Below are positions 26,254 to 35,150 of a DNA stretch of 56,429 bases, piece after piece. The notes beneath the pieces were generated by a model. It was not told the DNA's origin, did not search any database, and saw only the letters and a list, made by a program, of their open reading frames with translations. Numbering within the stretch: the stretch's first letter is position 1; each line of letters opens with the position of its first letter. Both the position numbers and the translations under genes were made by a program. Source of the stretch: a virus (lineage: Duplodnaviria > Caudoviricetes); IMG/VR virus record IMGVR_UViG_3300032288_000938, positions 1-56,429 of that record; one strand, written 5' to 3'.

Positions 26254-26393
26254 GCATTTGGTTTCTGTGGGCAATGATGGCCCTGAACGTATTTGCCGCT
26301 GGCTCTCTGCTTATTGACAGGCAATACGCCCTTGCGGTCATGTACGTTTGTTATGCGGTTGCAACAGCAGCAATGACATGGATGGTAAAATGA
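26250..26393 (+). CDS. 47-aa two-TM membrane protein (not in ORF track)
   Basis: MSIWFLWAMMALNVFAAG...; ATGA overlaps at both ends. Confidence 0.6.
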   Translation: MSIWFLWAMMALNVFAAGSLLIDRQYALAVMYVCYAVATAAMTWMVK

Positions 26394-26950
26394 GCAAGCT
26401 TATCAAGTTCGCAAAGGATTTTGCCCTGAAGCACCACGGCAAACAAGAACACGGGTGCCTGAAGATTGACGCCCATCTTGCTGATGTTGCAAAACACGCC
26501 TCGTTGCACATCAAGGACAGTTTCCTTTGGGGTAACTATCACGATGAGGTCGTTGCCGCAGCATGGCTGCATGATGTGATCGAAGACACGAAGGTCACAA
26601 TCCCGCAGCTTTCTGCGGAACTAGATGGGGCCGGGTTTCGTGGGGACGAAGCAGAAATCACCGTTGCCATTGTGAGTGCCGTGACGGATGGGGAAGGTAA
26701 GGGCCGCAAGGAGCGGCACCTGAACACCTACTGGAAGATACGGGACTATCCTCTTGCCCTACTGGTGAAGCTCTGTGACCGCCGCCACAACCACGAACGC
26801 TCCATCAAGTATGGGGAAATCTACGCAGCCATGTATGCGCGTGAATATGATTACTTCAAGTTCGCGCTATGGAAACCTCGCCAGTTTTCAGAGCTTTGGG
26901 CCGAATTAGATAAGCAAAACAAGAAGTTACAGGAGATTGTTGGATGGTAA
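26390..26950 (+). CDS. HD-domain hydrolase, SpoT/Mesh1-like
   Basis: A...H..Q, H...V, AAWLHDVIEDT, V.AVT, VKLCDR.HN. Confidence 0.85.
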   Translation: MSKLIKFAKDFALKHHGKQEHGCLKIDAHLADVAKHASLHIKDSFLWGNYHDEVVAAAWLHDVIEDTKVTIPQLSAELDGAGFRGDEAEITVAIVSAVTDGEGKGRKERHLNTYWKIRDYPLALLVKLCDRRHNHERSIKYGEIYAAMYAREYDYFKFALWKPRQFSELWAELDKQNKKLQEIVGW

Positions 26951-27198
26951 GGAAGGACCGCGACTATGAACAAGAAGCTGAATACCACGCGAAGCCGGAG
27001 CAAAAAAAGCGCCGCGCGCAACGTAACAAAGCCCGTCGTAAGGCAATCAAGGAAGGCCGTGCCAAGAAAGGCGACGGAACCGAGGTGGATCACATCGGCG
27101 CGAAACGCACTGGCTCACTGGATGCCCTGCCTACGCGCGTTGTTGCCAAAAGTGTGAACCGGAAGAAGCAACCCAAGACCAAGGTGCAAGATGTCTGA
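26944..27198 (+). CDS. Small HNH-like protein
   Basis: RDY..E...RAQRN.ARR...KGDG.EVDH...NR. Confidence 0.7.
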   Translation: MVRKDRDYEQEAEYHAKPEQKKRRAQRNKARRKAIKEGRAKKGDGTEVDHIGAKRTGSLDALPTRVVAKSVNRKKQPKTKVQDV

Positions 27199-27322
27199 CA
27201 TTGTGCAGTGGGTAAATGATCTCCCCAAGTGGGGCGGAACCATTTTGTTCCTCGTTTGGTGCTTTGTTTTCACTGGGGTCTTTGCACTTCTTACCTCTGG
27301 GGGTGGCGACGGTCATGACTGA
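27191..27322 (+). CDS. 43-aa membrane peptide (not in ORF track)
   Basis: MSDIVQWVNDLPKWGGTILFLVWCFVF...; AAGGTG RBS. Confidence 0.5.
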   Translation: MSDIVQWVNDLPKWGGTILFLVWCFVFTGVFALLTSGGGDGHD

Positions 27323-27761
27323 GATCCGCGATATTGCGATTAACTTCGAGGCCGTGAAGGTCTCAATGAACCAAGACAAGAATGGCCTGATGCTCAAGCT
27401 CGCCATTCATCCCTCTGACGCGCCGCAAGATCTTGTTGTTGCACCCGTCGGCACCCGCTATATGATTGCTGCCGTAATGCTGAACGACCAAGACGAACCA
27501 ACGATGGGCGTCAAGAAACGTGAAGCGGACACGGTTATATCAATTGCAGGGGCCTTATGTCGTAACAATCGCTTTCAGGATTGGCTGGAGGCAACGGGCC
27601 TTGCGCTTGAGAGTTCCGAGAAGGCTGCCGTTGATGCTGTTCGTGATTTCTGTGGCATCAAATCGCGCAGCGAGTTCTCGACAAACGAAAGCGCGCGCAC
27701 TAAGTTCATGGCGCTGCGTGAACAGTTTGAAGCTGATTATAAAAAGGGGAAGGTAAGATGA
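27315..27761 (+). CDS. Conserved phage protein
   Basis: FEAVK, L.IHP.D.P, GTRY, AG.LC....FQ.W, CGI.SRSE. Confidence 0.75.
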   Translation: MTEIRDIAINFEAVKVSMNQDKNGLMLKLAIHPSDAPQDLVVAPVGTRYMIAAVMLNDQDEPTMGVKKREADTVISIAGALCRNNRFQDWLEATGLALESSEKAAVDAVRDFCGIKSRSEFSTNESARTKFMALREQFEADYKKGKVR

Positions 27762-28570
27762 AAGTAGTTGAAGTCGTCCGCGAATACGCCCGGTCCCGTC
27801 GGTTCACAAACCTTTCCGATAGCACAAAGCGCCAGTATATCTCATCAATGAATGAGATCGAGAAGGCGGTTGGCCAAATGGATATTCAGAGCGTCAAGAG
27901 GCGGGATCTTGTCCGGGCATTTGAGGCATTGGGCGATACGCCAGCCATGGCTAATCGCTTCTGCCGGGTGTGCAGCGTTGTATTCAACTATGCAGTGGAG
28001 ATGGAGTATTGCGGTGGGAACCCCGCCCATCGGCTGACCCCGTTTAAGCTCGGCACGTGGAAGCAATGGACGAAGGAAGAAGTGGACAAGGTGATCGCCC
28101 TTAACCACCCTATCGTAAGTGTGGCTGTTGCTCTGGCCTATTACACGGCGCAGAGAGAGGCAGACATTCTTAAGATGAAATGGTCAGACATCAAGGACGG
28201 GGTTTTGTATGTTAAGCAAAACAAAACCGGGGCTGTCCTTGAGATTATGGTTGCGCCGCAGTTGCAGGCCATTCTGGATAAGCTGCCTAAGACAGGGGAA
28301 CACATCATCCGTTCCAAGGCAGGGGGCCTCGTAACCGGGCCATCGTTCCGGAATATGCTCAAGCGCGTCACGCGGTCTGTCGGGGTTGACGCCCCGTTCC
28401 ACGGATTGCGTAAGACTGTTGGATCGCGCTTGGCAGAGAAGGGCAAAAGCGCAAGTCAAATCGCCGCCATCCTCGGGCATCGTACCCTAAAAATGGCGGC
28501 GCTTTATACGCAACAGGCTGACAGCAAGAAGCTTATCGCCTCTGCTGTCACCTCCCTAGCTGCTGATTGA
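27758..28570 (+). CDS. int: Tyrosine recombinase/integrase
   Basis: R (AQREAD), K (QNKTG), HGLR, LGH and Y (ALYT) catalytic set. Confidence 0.9.
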   Translation: MKVVEVVREYARSRRFTNLSDSTKRQYISSMNEIEKAVGQMDIQSVKRRDLVRAFEALGDTPAMANRFCRVCSVVFNYAVEMEYCGGNPAHRLTPFKLGTWKQWTKEEVDKVIALNHPIVSVAVALAYYTAQREADILKMKWSDIKDGVLYVKQNKTGAVLEIMVAPQLQAILDKLPKTGEHIIRSKAGGLVTGPSFRNMLKRVTRSVGVDAPFHGLRKTVGSRLAEKGKSASQIAAILGHRTLKMAALYTQQADSKKLIASAVTSLAAD

Positions 28571-31500
28571 TTTCATCAATGCGTTGGGTTACGCGGGCTT
28601 CGCGGGAGCGGAGTTCGCGTAGCTTTTCCAGTTTCTGAGACATGGGCGTAACCTTGTCTGCCTCAAGGCGGCGAATCTGGGCGCGGATGTTGTTGAGATT
28701 ATCGGCCATCTTGCGGACCTGTTTGCCCACCCGCAGGACGTTAATGTTTTCCTCGCGGTATTCTCTCAGGGCCTCAGTGTCGCCCATTTTTTTCAGGCGC
28801 GAGATGGTGCGGTTAACCTTATCAACAAGCTGATAAAGCTCATACGCCTCGGTAGCCGCCTGTGGCTGCTTGTCGCGGGCATCCACAAAGAAGCGGCGGA
28901 TGACCGGCAATTGAGACCCCGCAACCGGAAGGCCCTGATTATCAGATCCAAACATATAGGCAGCGCCGCCAATACCCATGCCAATGTAGCTCATGATTGG
29001 GCCACCATAACCGGATATTAGATTGTCAAGCTTGATCGGGCTGATCGGCACAAAACGACCTTCTTCAAAGTCATAGTTGAACGGAAGGAAGCCTGAAAGC
29101 TGACTAAGACCCCGCGCCACATAAGATGTGGAGGCGTTGTATTGCAGGGATGGATCAAGCTGCTCCATGCCGGGCGAGACAAGGGGCTGCCCGGTGTAGA
29201 AATCACGGTTAATCATATTCTCGACAATGGGCAGTGCAGCCTGCGGGATTGGGTTAAACCCAAAAGTGCTGGAGAACTGATTGAACATCAGCTTTGTGGC
29301 AGACCTCATGCTGCGGTTGCCCATGGCCACATCGTAGAAAGTCTGTGGCACGGTCATGAACAAGAAGCCTGCTTCGAACGGCTTCGGGATTTGGAAATAC
29401 TGCCCCTTCTGTCCGGGTATCGGGATCAGAATGTTTGCGTCCTTGATGTATTGAGGAAGCTGTTGATAATCCTCGTCATCTTCAAGGAGCAGTGAGAGGG
29501 CCATCGCTGCGGCTGTTAGTGCCATACCACGGACAAGAACGTGTGTGCCGCGCTGGCGCTCAAATGAAAGCTGCTCACGCCCGGTGACTACGCCTGCGGC
29601 AGCCTTCATGCCCGTGTAGAGAACATCAAAGCCTTGGATGCGCGCGTTCAAGAAGGGAACCATGCGTGTCCACATCCTCAACCCGGCACTGTGACCAGAG
29701 CGAGAGAAGTTCATAATGCTCAACGCGCGGTAGGCTGCGGTAAAGTCGCTGGCCCCATCGCGCTTTGCTGCATCGTAAACCGCAATGCGTGTGGCTGCGT
29801 CTGAAGCTTCGGACCAAGATCCGAGCTTGTCCCACGCTCCCGTCAGGGCTGATGTCATGTTTGGCAGGCCCTGAACTCTTGTCAGCTTTTTGCGCATACC
29901 GGCGACAATCTTCGCCATCGGCTTTTGCGCCTCGTCAAAGGAGCCGACAATGCCATAACTGCGGAGGGCTTCGAAGGATGCGGACGAATTGAGCGCGCTA
30001 ACAAACCCCTTGAATGTTTGGAACGGATTAGCCCCAGAGCCAGCGAGGACCCAAGTGGACACCGAGTCGCGCATCAGGTTGGCGACCATGAAGCCGGGGT
30101 CGCGAGTAACCATTTCGCGGAGGAAGTTTGCGGGCATACCGGCCAACTCCAAGAACAGGCTTGGGGAGGCGAAGTCATTGCCGGAAAGACCAATGGTGAA
30201 CAGTGGGTCCCTTGAAGCGAACGGAACCTCAACGCCATTGATATATGTATAAAACGTCTTATCGTCAAACCCGTCTGCGCGGCTTGGCGTTTCGATGGTC
30301 ACGTTACCATCTTCATCTTCAAAAGCCCGCAACCGCTTAACCACACCTGTGGCTTCGCCAACACGAAACGCCTTTTGAGTAGCCAATGTGCGAAGGATTA
30401 CGTTGTTCCAGAAGGCAACATTGTGCATCATGGCAACGATTGGGTCTGCCATCAGATTGCCGGTTGTGCTGCCTTCATATGGCTTAAAGCGGATGCGCGA
30501 GGCAAGGCCTCCAGAGGTTTCCTGTACAACATCGCCTTCTTCAAGCTGGCGGTACATGCTGTAATAATTCTGCTGGTCGGTGAACTCTTCAAAAAGTTCC
30601 TGAGAAAGGTAGCCACTATCGCGGACCGCCTCAAGCAGCTTCGTATTGAAACGCTGGTATGACTCAAATGCTTCCTTGATGATTGGGTATTGCTCCGCAA
30701 GGGCATCTGCCGCATCAATGTATTCTTGCGTGATGTCTTCTGGAATTTCCTTGCCCTCGGACAAGCGCCTCTTTGACACTTGGGCTACTGCATAGCTGCG
30801 GAATTGTTCGGTAAGATCCCCGCCTCCGGGGCCACCAGTGATGATTCTTTCAAGAACCTTCAGTGGGGAGTCAGCCTGATCCCTTTCAATGTACATATAG
30901 GCCGAGTTTGGGTCAGCCCCCTTACTGATTGAAACCGCCTCGCGCTTCTCATTCAAACCCCGAATTACGGGAGCGCCATGGTACGCAGCTTCCACCGTGT
31001 AGTGGCTTGAGCGTTGCATCATGTCGGCAGCTTGGGTCGCCGAGTATTCTGCAAATTGAGCTTCGTCGGGATTCAGTGCGCCTGTAAGAAACGCCTCACG
31101 CTCTTTCTTCGTGATCTGCCCCGTTTTTTGGACATAATAAACGCGGAACATATCGGCGAGCCTGCCAATGCCTTCACGGCTGCTGATGCCACCGAGAACA
31201 CCCATGAGTTTTTCACCGGGCGTAGAGGCAACATGTGTGGCGGCAAAGATGCGCTTGTTCGCATCTTCCATCTCCGGTGGCATGGGTATAACTTGCGGGA
31301 TCGTAGACAGCTTGCGGACTGCATCCCTGACGGACTGATTGGCCAAGTCAACGTCTGCTTGTGTTGCTTCTCCGGATTTTGTTACATTTTCCGCGATGTC
31401 AACCGCAGTTTTTATTTCAGTCGTGATGCTGGGAATTACTGATAGCTTAATGTTTTCTTCTTCTGGACTAAATGTTCCACGGTTGCTCGTAGATTTAATT

Positions 31501-34500
31501 TGCGTGGCCTTAAATGCAATGTAACTATCGCTACCTTTGTCCTCGTATTGGTTGCGGTATACGATCCCATCATAACCTTCGGACTTTGCCTGAGCTATAG
31601 CTTGATCCCATTCTCCATTTGCCCCACCAAGGTCTGCCATCCGTTTTGGGTTTTGCATTGACAAGTACGCAGATGTTACCGTCCCCAACTCAAGAGGGTC
31701 AGTATCGTCGTTGGCAATCATCTCTAATACATTTGAGCGGCCATGCGCGAGGGCTGTTTCTTGATCCTGAAATCCAACAAACCCAAGCTCTTCGGATGTG
31801 ACTCCGTCTGTATCAAAGTGCCAAAGCCCATCATCATTTTGATATGTTTCAACACCCATTGCGGCGTCATCGGCGCGCTTTCCAGTGGCGCGGTCAATCG
31901 CAGCTTGCCTTGTTCCAAAGTGCATTCCGCTCCTTGGAATATCTTCGTCCTCATTGAATGACCCAAAGTGATGAACAACGAGCGGCTTGCCCTGCTCATC
32001 AAGAACCTTGCTGCGTTTGAACCAGTTTTTGAACTCTTTTGTTTCCACAGCAGGAGCAATGGAGAACTTGCGGGCGGCGGCTTGTGGGGCGGTCACCACT
32101 ACAGATGTCTTGCCTACACCCGGCCCCTTTTCCACCGTGTAGCCATCCGGCACCAAAGATTTTACATAGTTGACAAGCTCTTGACCGTCATATCCTTTTT
32201 GATAGACGTATTTTTTCTCTTTCCGTTCAAAAACCCAATAAGCTTTCGGCTCTTTTGCTTTCTTAAAGTTCTTTGTGCGGTCAATGTCATCCTTGAATGC
32301 GCGAGAACCAATAATTGCGATCCCGCCCGGCGCAACCTTTTTAACGATGTCACGAACAACTTGATCGCGCAGTTCTGGCTCCAAAACATTTACAACATTC
32401 AAGCTAACGACGGCATCATACCTGTCCTTGATTTGGCTTGATTTTGTAAAGCTGGGTGGGATTTTACTCTCCCACTTCTTTGTATTGATTTCATAGGTGT
32501 CTACTGGGGCGGAGTTTTCTTCACGCATAGCGTCAGCGCCAAGTCCCAGACCGGCACCATAATCCAAAACATTCCTCGCCAGCGGAAGGTTTTCCTTGAT
32601 GTAATTTGCAGCTTTCCTGTACGACCCAATAGTTATCGCACGTTGCGTTGAATCAGAACCTTCTTGTCCCGGAATGTCACCTTCATCTTCCGGCAGCGCA
32701 GACAGTTTGCGAACCCCGCCCTCAACAGCGCGAGCTTCGCGAGCGCCAATCTTGCCAGCCTCAATATCCTTGAAGATCTGGCCAATCTTGGCGTCACGAT
32801 AGCCATTGAACAGGCGCTTGAAGAACTCGACAACGCGACCGAACACACCCTTCGGTGTACCTTCCAGCTTGAGCTTGCCAGCGCGGGCGTCACGGAACAT
32901 TTCCGCAACTGCCTCTTCGTGGATCATCTCCTCATTGAGAGAGCCGTCGGGGTTCTTGTAGCCTTCAACGGTGGCGTACATCCGAACCGCGCGGTCGTAA
33001 TAGGTAAATTGGTTGCCTTGGTATTTGGTCCGTTCGGCAGCCTTGAAGAGCGTGGACAGTTCCCCACCCTTGAACAAGCCAAGGTTGGACAGCGAGTGAA
33101 TGACCTCATGGTTCATCACATCAAACAGCTTGTCCACCATCTGGTCGGTGGTGAGGTTTGGATCATAGAGATTGTACGAAAGATATATTACATCTCCCGC
33201 TGGTGACGCCGCGCCCTCGGCGATACCCTTCCCCTGACGAACAACATCATCAAGTTGAATGCGAACATTCTTGCCCACGATGGGTGCAAGCCGGGCATTG
33301 AGGGCCTTTGATACGGCATCCTTCTTCGCCTCGAACTCTTGCAGTTTTTGGACGCCCTCTGGCGCAGTCACGACGGGCTTAAATAAAGCCTGTAGGGACG
33401 GCTTATATTCTTTGGGTGGCTTGGCTGCTGGTTGTTCTTGAACAGCCGCTGGCGGTGCCTCTGTGGGGCTTACAGGGGCTACTGCGGGGGTTGCCTGCGG
33501 CGCTGTCGGGGTTTCAACGGTGGCTGCCGGGGAGGGGAAAATGGACGCCATCGGCGGGCGCACCGGAATACCACCGGGGATGGCGGGCTGTTCGGCTTGG
33601 CTGATTGCAGGCTGTGTCTGGGGAGGAGGGATCTCGGCTGCCGTGGTGGATACCGGTGGAGGTGCCACGCCCTCGGGGGGCGGGGCCTCGACTGGCGCAA
33701 TGCGCTTCTTCTTCCCCTTCTTGGGGACAGCGGGTGTCGCAATCTCGGCGGCCTGTATCGGCGTCGCACCGACTTGCTGGATAGTTTCAGCAATGGCTGC
33801 CCCTGTGGTAGCTTGGCCAACCGGGGTTGTTGGCAATTGAGCCGGAGCGGGAGCCAAGGCACCAGCAGCCTTAAGCTCCTTGGCGATCTTCTTACCCTGC
33901 GCCTTTTCTTGTTTAGTTGTCTTGCCTTTGGTTGTGCGCGCAGCTTCTGCAATCGTCGGACGAACAAACGTCACAGTGCCGGGGCTGTCTTTTTCATACT
34001 GCTCGGCGGCTAAGAATGCGGCATCTTTTGTGCTGAATGTAGCGGCGGGCTTGCCGGTAGAGTCAACAATTTTGTAATTGAACCCCTTCTCGGTATTGTC
34101 TGCCAGCTTGATGCTAATTTCACCACTAGGCGCATTCTTAAGAAGTTCGTCACGACCAGCGATAGCTTCTGCCCGGATGCGTTCTGGTGTCTTTTCGGCA
34201 GCCTGCCGAGCGTTTTCCTTCTCAAGCTGAGTAAATGCAGTGCGCATTTTGCCAGCCTTGCGGCCAGCCATAAGCTGAAGGATAACGTCAAGCGTACCAC
34301 CAGCCGCACCGCCGACGCCTGCGTTTGAGAGGATGCCCTCTGTAATGTCAAGGTCGGGGTTATAGTAACCCTGCTCAACAAGATTCTGAGCGCCTTGCGC
34401 GATGGCTTCCTGCGCGCCTTCTTCTGTGGCAGAAACAAGCGCACGCTTGACGGCATTTTCCACAGTTTTTGCAACCCCGCCTGCTTTTGACACGGGGACG

Positions 34501-35132
34501 CGAGCAAGGATCTCCTCAAGGGGTCCCATGAACCTACCGAGAGGAATAATATCCGTGAGGCCGATAGCCCCGCCAAGACGCTGTGATGCGAGGCGGTCTT
34601 CTGGGGAGACTTCAGCCCCCGTCTGAGCCTCTTCAGCCATGCGACTTTGGATTTGTTGAGTTGTCCCAAGGGGGACCGACTGCGCACCGGCTGCGGCATA
34701 TCCAAGTCCGCGAGCCAGCTTAGCACCCGTTCCAAGAACCTTTGCCCCTTTTGCAATAGCAGTGCCGGGGACAAGAAATGAAGCAAGGCTACCAAGGCCA
34801 CCAGCGACAGCTTCAGCCGTCGTGGCTTCCTTGGTTGGGTCAATCCCGAGAATGTCTTGAGTTATTTTTTTAGCGCCGGTACTAAATTTCCCTGCTGCCG
34901 TTTCTTCTGGCTTGGCAGAGAAAAGACCAGCAACGCCAAGGGGTACGTCAGTAAACCCGGTAACAAACCCCTCTGCCAAAGACGGCAATACTCCTCCGCG
35001 CCCGGTGGGTGCAGAACCCTGTCCAATTTTGGGGAGGATGTCGGTTTCAATTGCAGATGCGATCTGCGTGTCCGACATTGAGTCCGGAAACTCGACATTC
35101 CCGAGTCCGGGGACCTCAACGATCTTTGGCAT
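28548..35132 (-). CDS. Large polyvalent internal virion/ejection protein (zincin-like peptidase, SAM methyltransferase, ART-like, LPD38-like)
   Basis: HEVIH...EEAVAE; LDYGAGLG and YDAVVSLNVVNV; FKNWF...GKPLVV...HFG...GYDGIVY...QIKS; IPKPFE.G. Confidence 0.8.
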   Translation of the reverse strand: MPKIVEVPGLGNVEFPDSMSDTQIASAIETDILPKIGQGSAPTGRGGVLPSLAEGFVTGFTDVPLGVAGLFSAKPEETAAGKFSTGAKKITQDILGIDPTKEATTAEAVAGGLGSLASFLVPGTAIAKGAKVLGTGAKLARGLGYAAAGAQSVPLGTTQQIQSRMAEEAQTGAEVSPEDRLASQRLGGAIGLTDIIPLGRFMGPLEEILARVPVSKAGGVAKTVENAVKRALVSATEEGAQEAIAQGAQNLVEQGYYNPDLDITEGILSNAGVGGAAGGTLDVILQLMAGRKAGKMRTAFTQLEKENARQAAEKTPERIRAEAIAGRDELLKNAPSGEISIKLADNTEKGFNYKIVDSTGKPAATFSTKDAAFLAAEQYEKDSPGTVTFVRPTIAEAARTTKGKTTKQEKAQGKKIAKELKAAGALAPAPAQLPTTPVGQATTGAAIAETIQQVGATPIQAAEIATPAVPKKGKKKRIAPVEAPPPEGVAPPPVSTTAAEIPPPQTQPAISQAEQPAIPGGIPVRPPMASIFPSPAATVETPTAPQATPAVAPVSPTEAPPAAVQEQPAAKPPKEYKPSLQALFKPVVTAPEGVQKLQEFEAKKDAVSKALNARLAPIVGKNVRIQLDDVVRQGKGIAEGAASPAGDVIYLSYNLYDPNLTTDQMVDKLFDVMNHEVIHSLSNLGLFKGGELSTLFKAAERTKYQGNQFTYYDRAVRMYATVEGYKNPDGSLNEEMIHEEAVAEMFRDARAGKLKLEGTPKGVFGRVVEFFKRLFNGYRDAKIGQIFKDIEAGKIGAREARAVEGGVRKLSALPEDEGDIPGQEGSDSTQRAITIGSYRKAANYIKENLPLARNVLDYGAGLGLGADAMREENSAPVDTYEINTKKWESKIPPSFTKSSQIKDRYDAVVSLNVVNVLEPELRDQVVRDIVKKVAPGGIAIIGSRAFKDDIDRTKNFKKAKEPKAYWVFERKEKKYVYQKGYDGQELVNYVKSLVPDGYTVEKGPGVGKTSVVVTAPQAAARKFSIAPAVETKEFKNWFKRSKVLDEQGKPLVVHHFGSFNEDEDIPRSGMHFGTRQAAIDRATGKRADDAAMGVETYQNDDGLWHFDTDGVTSEELGFVGFQDQETALAHGRSNVLEMIANDDTDPLELGTVTSAYLSMQNPKRMADLGGANGEWDQAIAQAKSEGYDGIVYRNQYEDKGSDSYIAFKATQIKSTSNRGTFSPEEENIKLSVIPSITTEIKTAVDIAENVTKSGEATQADVDLANQSVRDAVRKLSTIPQVIPMPPEMEDANKRIFAATHVASTPGEKLMGVLGGISSREGIGRLADMFRVYYVQKTGQITKKEREAFLTGALNPDEAQFAEYSATQAADMMQRSSHYTVEAAYHGAPVIRGLNEKREAVSISKGADPNSAYMYIERDQADSPLKVLERIITGGPGGGDLTEQFRSYAVAQVSKRRLSEGKEIPEDITQEYIDAADALAEQYPIIKEAFESYQRFNTKLLEAVRDSGYLSQELFEEFTDQQNYYSMYRQLEEGDVVQETSGGLASRIRFKPYEGSTTGNLMADPIVAMMHNVAFWNNVILRTLATQKAFRVGEATGVVKRLRAFEDEDGNVTIETPSRADGFDDKTFYTYINGVEVPFASRDPLFTIGLSGNDFASPSLFLELAGMPANFLREMVTRDPGFMVANLMRDSVSTWVLAGSGANPFQTFKGFVSALNSSASFEALRSYGIVGSFDEAQKPMAKIVAGMRKKLTRVQGLPNMTSALTGAWDKLGSWSEASDAATRIAVYDAAKRDGASDFTAAYRALSIMNFSRSGHSAGLRMWTRMVPFLNARIQGFDVLYTGMKAAAGVVTGREQLSFERQRGTHVLVRGMALTAAAMALSLLLEDDEDYQQLPQYIKDANILIPIPGQKGQYFQIPKPFEAGFLFMTVPQTFYDVAMGNRSMRSATKLMFNQFSSTFGFNPIPQAALPIVENMINRDFYTGQPLVSPGMEQLDPSLQYNASTSYVARGLSQLSGFLPFNYDFEEGRFVPISPIKLDNLISGYGGPIMSYIGMGIGGAAYMFGSDNQGLPVAGSQLPVIRRFFVDARDKQPQAATEAYELYQLVDKVNRTISRLKKMGDTEALREYREENINVLRVGKQVRKMADNLNNIRAQIRRLEADKVTPMSQKLEKLRELRSREARVTQRIDEINQQLGR

Positions 35133-35150
35133 ATTCAGAGCCTGTCTTTA

